NCBI GenBank assembly: GCA_037444445.1
Contig: JBBIMK010000038.1
Span: 1 to 14,700 of the forward strand
Reading direction: 5' to 3'
Source: a bacterium
Lineage (GTDB): Bacteria; UBP7; UBA6624; JBBIMK01
Length of the DNA stretch: 14,700 bases
Shown: in pieces, positions 13,702 to 14,700 of the stretch
Layout: each line of letters starts with the position of its first letter
Position numbering within the stretch: position 1 is the stretch's first letter
The notes under the pieces: generated by a model
What the model saw: only the letters and a program-made list of their open reading frames with translations
What the model was told of the DNA's origin: nothing
Database searches by the model: none
Made by a program: the position numbers and the translations under genes

Positions 13702-14577
13702 TTATGAGAGCATCCCTCCAGCCCTTCTGAATGCAGTTTTAATGGCTTCTGTGGTGAGGATTTTGACGAGGTGTCGGCGAAATTCGGCGCTTCCGCGAAC
13801 ATCCGTTATCGGCTTGCATTCTCTGGACGCAATGTTTCCGGCTTCATCAATCACCTTTTCTGAGGGCTCTTTCCCCGCGAGAAACTGGCTTGCTTCTTTC
13901 GCCAGAAGGGGTGTGGGTGCCACCGCTGAAAGAACGATACGAGCGGAGGCGATGATGGAACCTTTACGCTTCAGGACGGCTGCAGAGCCAGCCACGGCGC
14001 AGAACATCCCCGCCCGGGGCCCGAAGCGCAGGTAACTCCCTCCCACTGGAGAGGAGGGGAGTGGAATGTGTATCTCTTTGAGTATCTCGCCATTATTCAG
14101 GAGGGTGGTTCGGGGACCGGTGAAGAAATCCTCCAGTGGGACTTCCCTCAATCCCTTCAGGGATACCAGGCTTACTTTCGCCCCGAAGCCTATGAGAAGT
14201 GGCGGGATGTCGGCGGAAGGGACGGCGCCTGTGAGGTTGCCCCCAATGGTGGCGATAGAGCGAACCACCGGGCTGGCTATCTGCTGTATGGCTTCTGTGA
14301 GACATTCCAACCCCTGCGGCACCTCTTTGTATTCCTCCCATTCCCTCTGCTTCACCAGAGCGCCTACCCTCAAGAATCCATCCTCCATAGAAATGCCCTT
14401 CAGTTCCGAAATCCAGTTAAGAGAAATCAGGTGAGCCACCTTTCTTGCCTGATTCTTCAACTCCGGGATGAGTTCCGTTCCACCGGCGAGAGGGCGAGAA
14501 TCGGGCAGGTCGGTTAATAGTTCAAGGGCTTCCTGCAACCCCTCCGGCTGATGAACCTCCAGTTCCGGAACCCTCAT
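13702..14577 (-). CDS. FAD-binding subunit of the molybdoenzyme (CoxM/XdhB-like)
   Basis: Motifs LAGGTELIP, TIGGNL and C-terminal DVRGSAEFRRHL. The ORF is open to GTG 14667, but family-like sequence begins at MRVPELEVHQPEGLQEALELL (ATG 14577), which has GGAGGAGG 10 nt upstream. The extra 30 codons look non-homologous. Confidence 0.88.
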   Translation of the reverse strand: MRVPELEVHQPEGLQEALELLTDLPDSRPLAGGTELIPELKNQARKVAHLISLNWISELKGISMEDGFLRVGALVKQREWEEYKEVPQGLECLTEAIQQIASPVVRSIATIGGNLTGAVPSADIPPLLIGFGAKVSLVSLKGLREVPLEDFFTGPRTTLLNNGEILKEIHIPLPSSPVGGSYLRFGPRAGMFCAVAGSAAVLKRKGSIIASARIVLSAVAPTPLLAKEASQFLAGKEPSEKVIDEAGNIASRECKPITDVRGSAEFRRHLVKILTTEAIKTAFRRAGGMLS

Positions 14578-14587
14578 CCCTTCCTGA

Positions 14588-14618
14588 CCTCCTCCGAATG
14601 GTATTATATCCTCCTCCG
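14588..14618 (-). repeat. 9-nt direct repeat CGGAGGAGG x2 (22-nt period) bracketing a TATAAT box
   Basis: Plus strand cctcctccg occurs at 14588-14596 and 14610-14618, with attata (TATAAT on the minus strand) at 14603-14608 between them. The proximal copy serves as the SD of the FAD-subunit gene. Confidence 0.6.
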
Positions 14619-14700
14619 GGCAAGGAAAAATGACAAAAGATAGAGTGGTGATTGTTAGGGCGTTCACCTGCGGGTTTCAGGATTGAACAACCCTTTCCCA

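Noticed and set aside
13702-13741. Programmed -1 frameshift fusing the FAD subunit to the FeS/Mo subunit
   Set aside because: The FeS/Mo frame is the -1 frame relative to the FAD gene and is open for 13 codons before the FAD stop. However, I see no X-XXY-YYZ slippery heptamer or downstream structure. Non-canonical initiation or reinitiation is the simpler explanation.
10959-14517. Plus-strand ORFs inside the molybdoenzyme genes (for example 12497-13018, 11837-12211, 13640-14035, 14068-14517)
   Set aside because: All are antisense to ORFs with unambiguous XDH-family motifs, and none has a recognisable domain or SD.
1-14700. CRISPR arrays, tRNA/rRNA genes, IS elements, integrases and known defence-system genes
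   Set aside because: A visual scan found no regularly spaced repeats, no cloverleaf-like conserved tRNA boxes in the intergenic regions, and no ORF with transposase, recombinase, nuclease-helicase or ATPase signatures.

Overview
This is mostly a housekeeping chromosomal segment of a diderm bacterium (lpxC is present), with bulk GC of about 55% by hand count. From 1.4 kb onward nearly everything is on the minus strand. In window order the minus-strand genes are: a tightly overlapping lpxC / two small membrane ORFs / purE operon, HU, a rhomboid protease, a monofunctional proline dehydrogenase, a 405-aa orphan protein, urocanate hydratase (hutU), a His-rich NicO/RcnA-like metal transporter, and a two-gene xanthine-dehydrogenase-family molybdoenzyme (CoxM-like FAD subunit plus a fused 2Fe-2S/Mo subunit). 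One plus-strand membrane ORF sits at 4103-4630. I recognised no rRNA, tRNA, CRISPR array, transposase or integrase. The only accessory-looking part is the left 1.4 kb on the plus strand. It holds the Cys-rich, membrane-anchored tail of an ORF that runs off the left edge, an overlapping 5-TM protein in a clearly AT-rich island, and then YD/RHS-repeat-like coding remnants in two frames. That layout resembles a polymorphic-toxin C-terminus / immunity / orphan-fragment arrangement, but it is cut by the window edge and remains a hypothesis. I did not find a complete, convincing novel system. Secondary observations: (1) lpxC and the FeS/Mo subunit each encode conserved N-terminal residues upstream of the first ATG/GTG/TTG, suggesting ATC or CTG initiation or termination-reinitiation. 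(2) Two candidate promoters share TTGNCA-N17-TAGGGT. (3) Several genes have -10-like boxes almost touching the start codon, suggesting short-leader or leaderless transcripts. (4) Tandem SD-like direct repeats occur in two leaders. (5) Phased A-tracts lie upstream of hup. All promoter and terminator calls are manual pattern matches and need experimental or computational confirmation.
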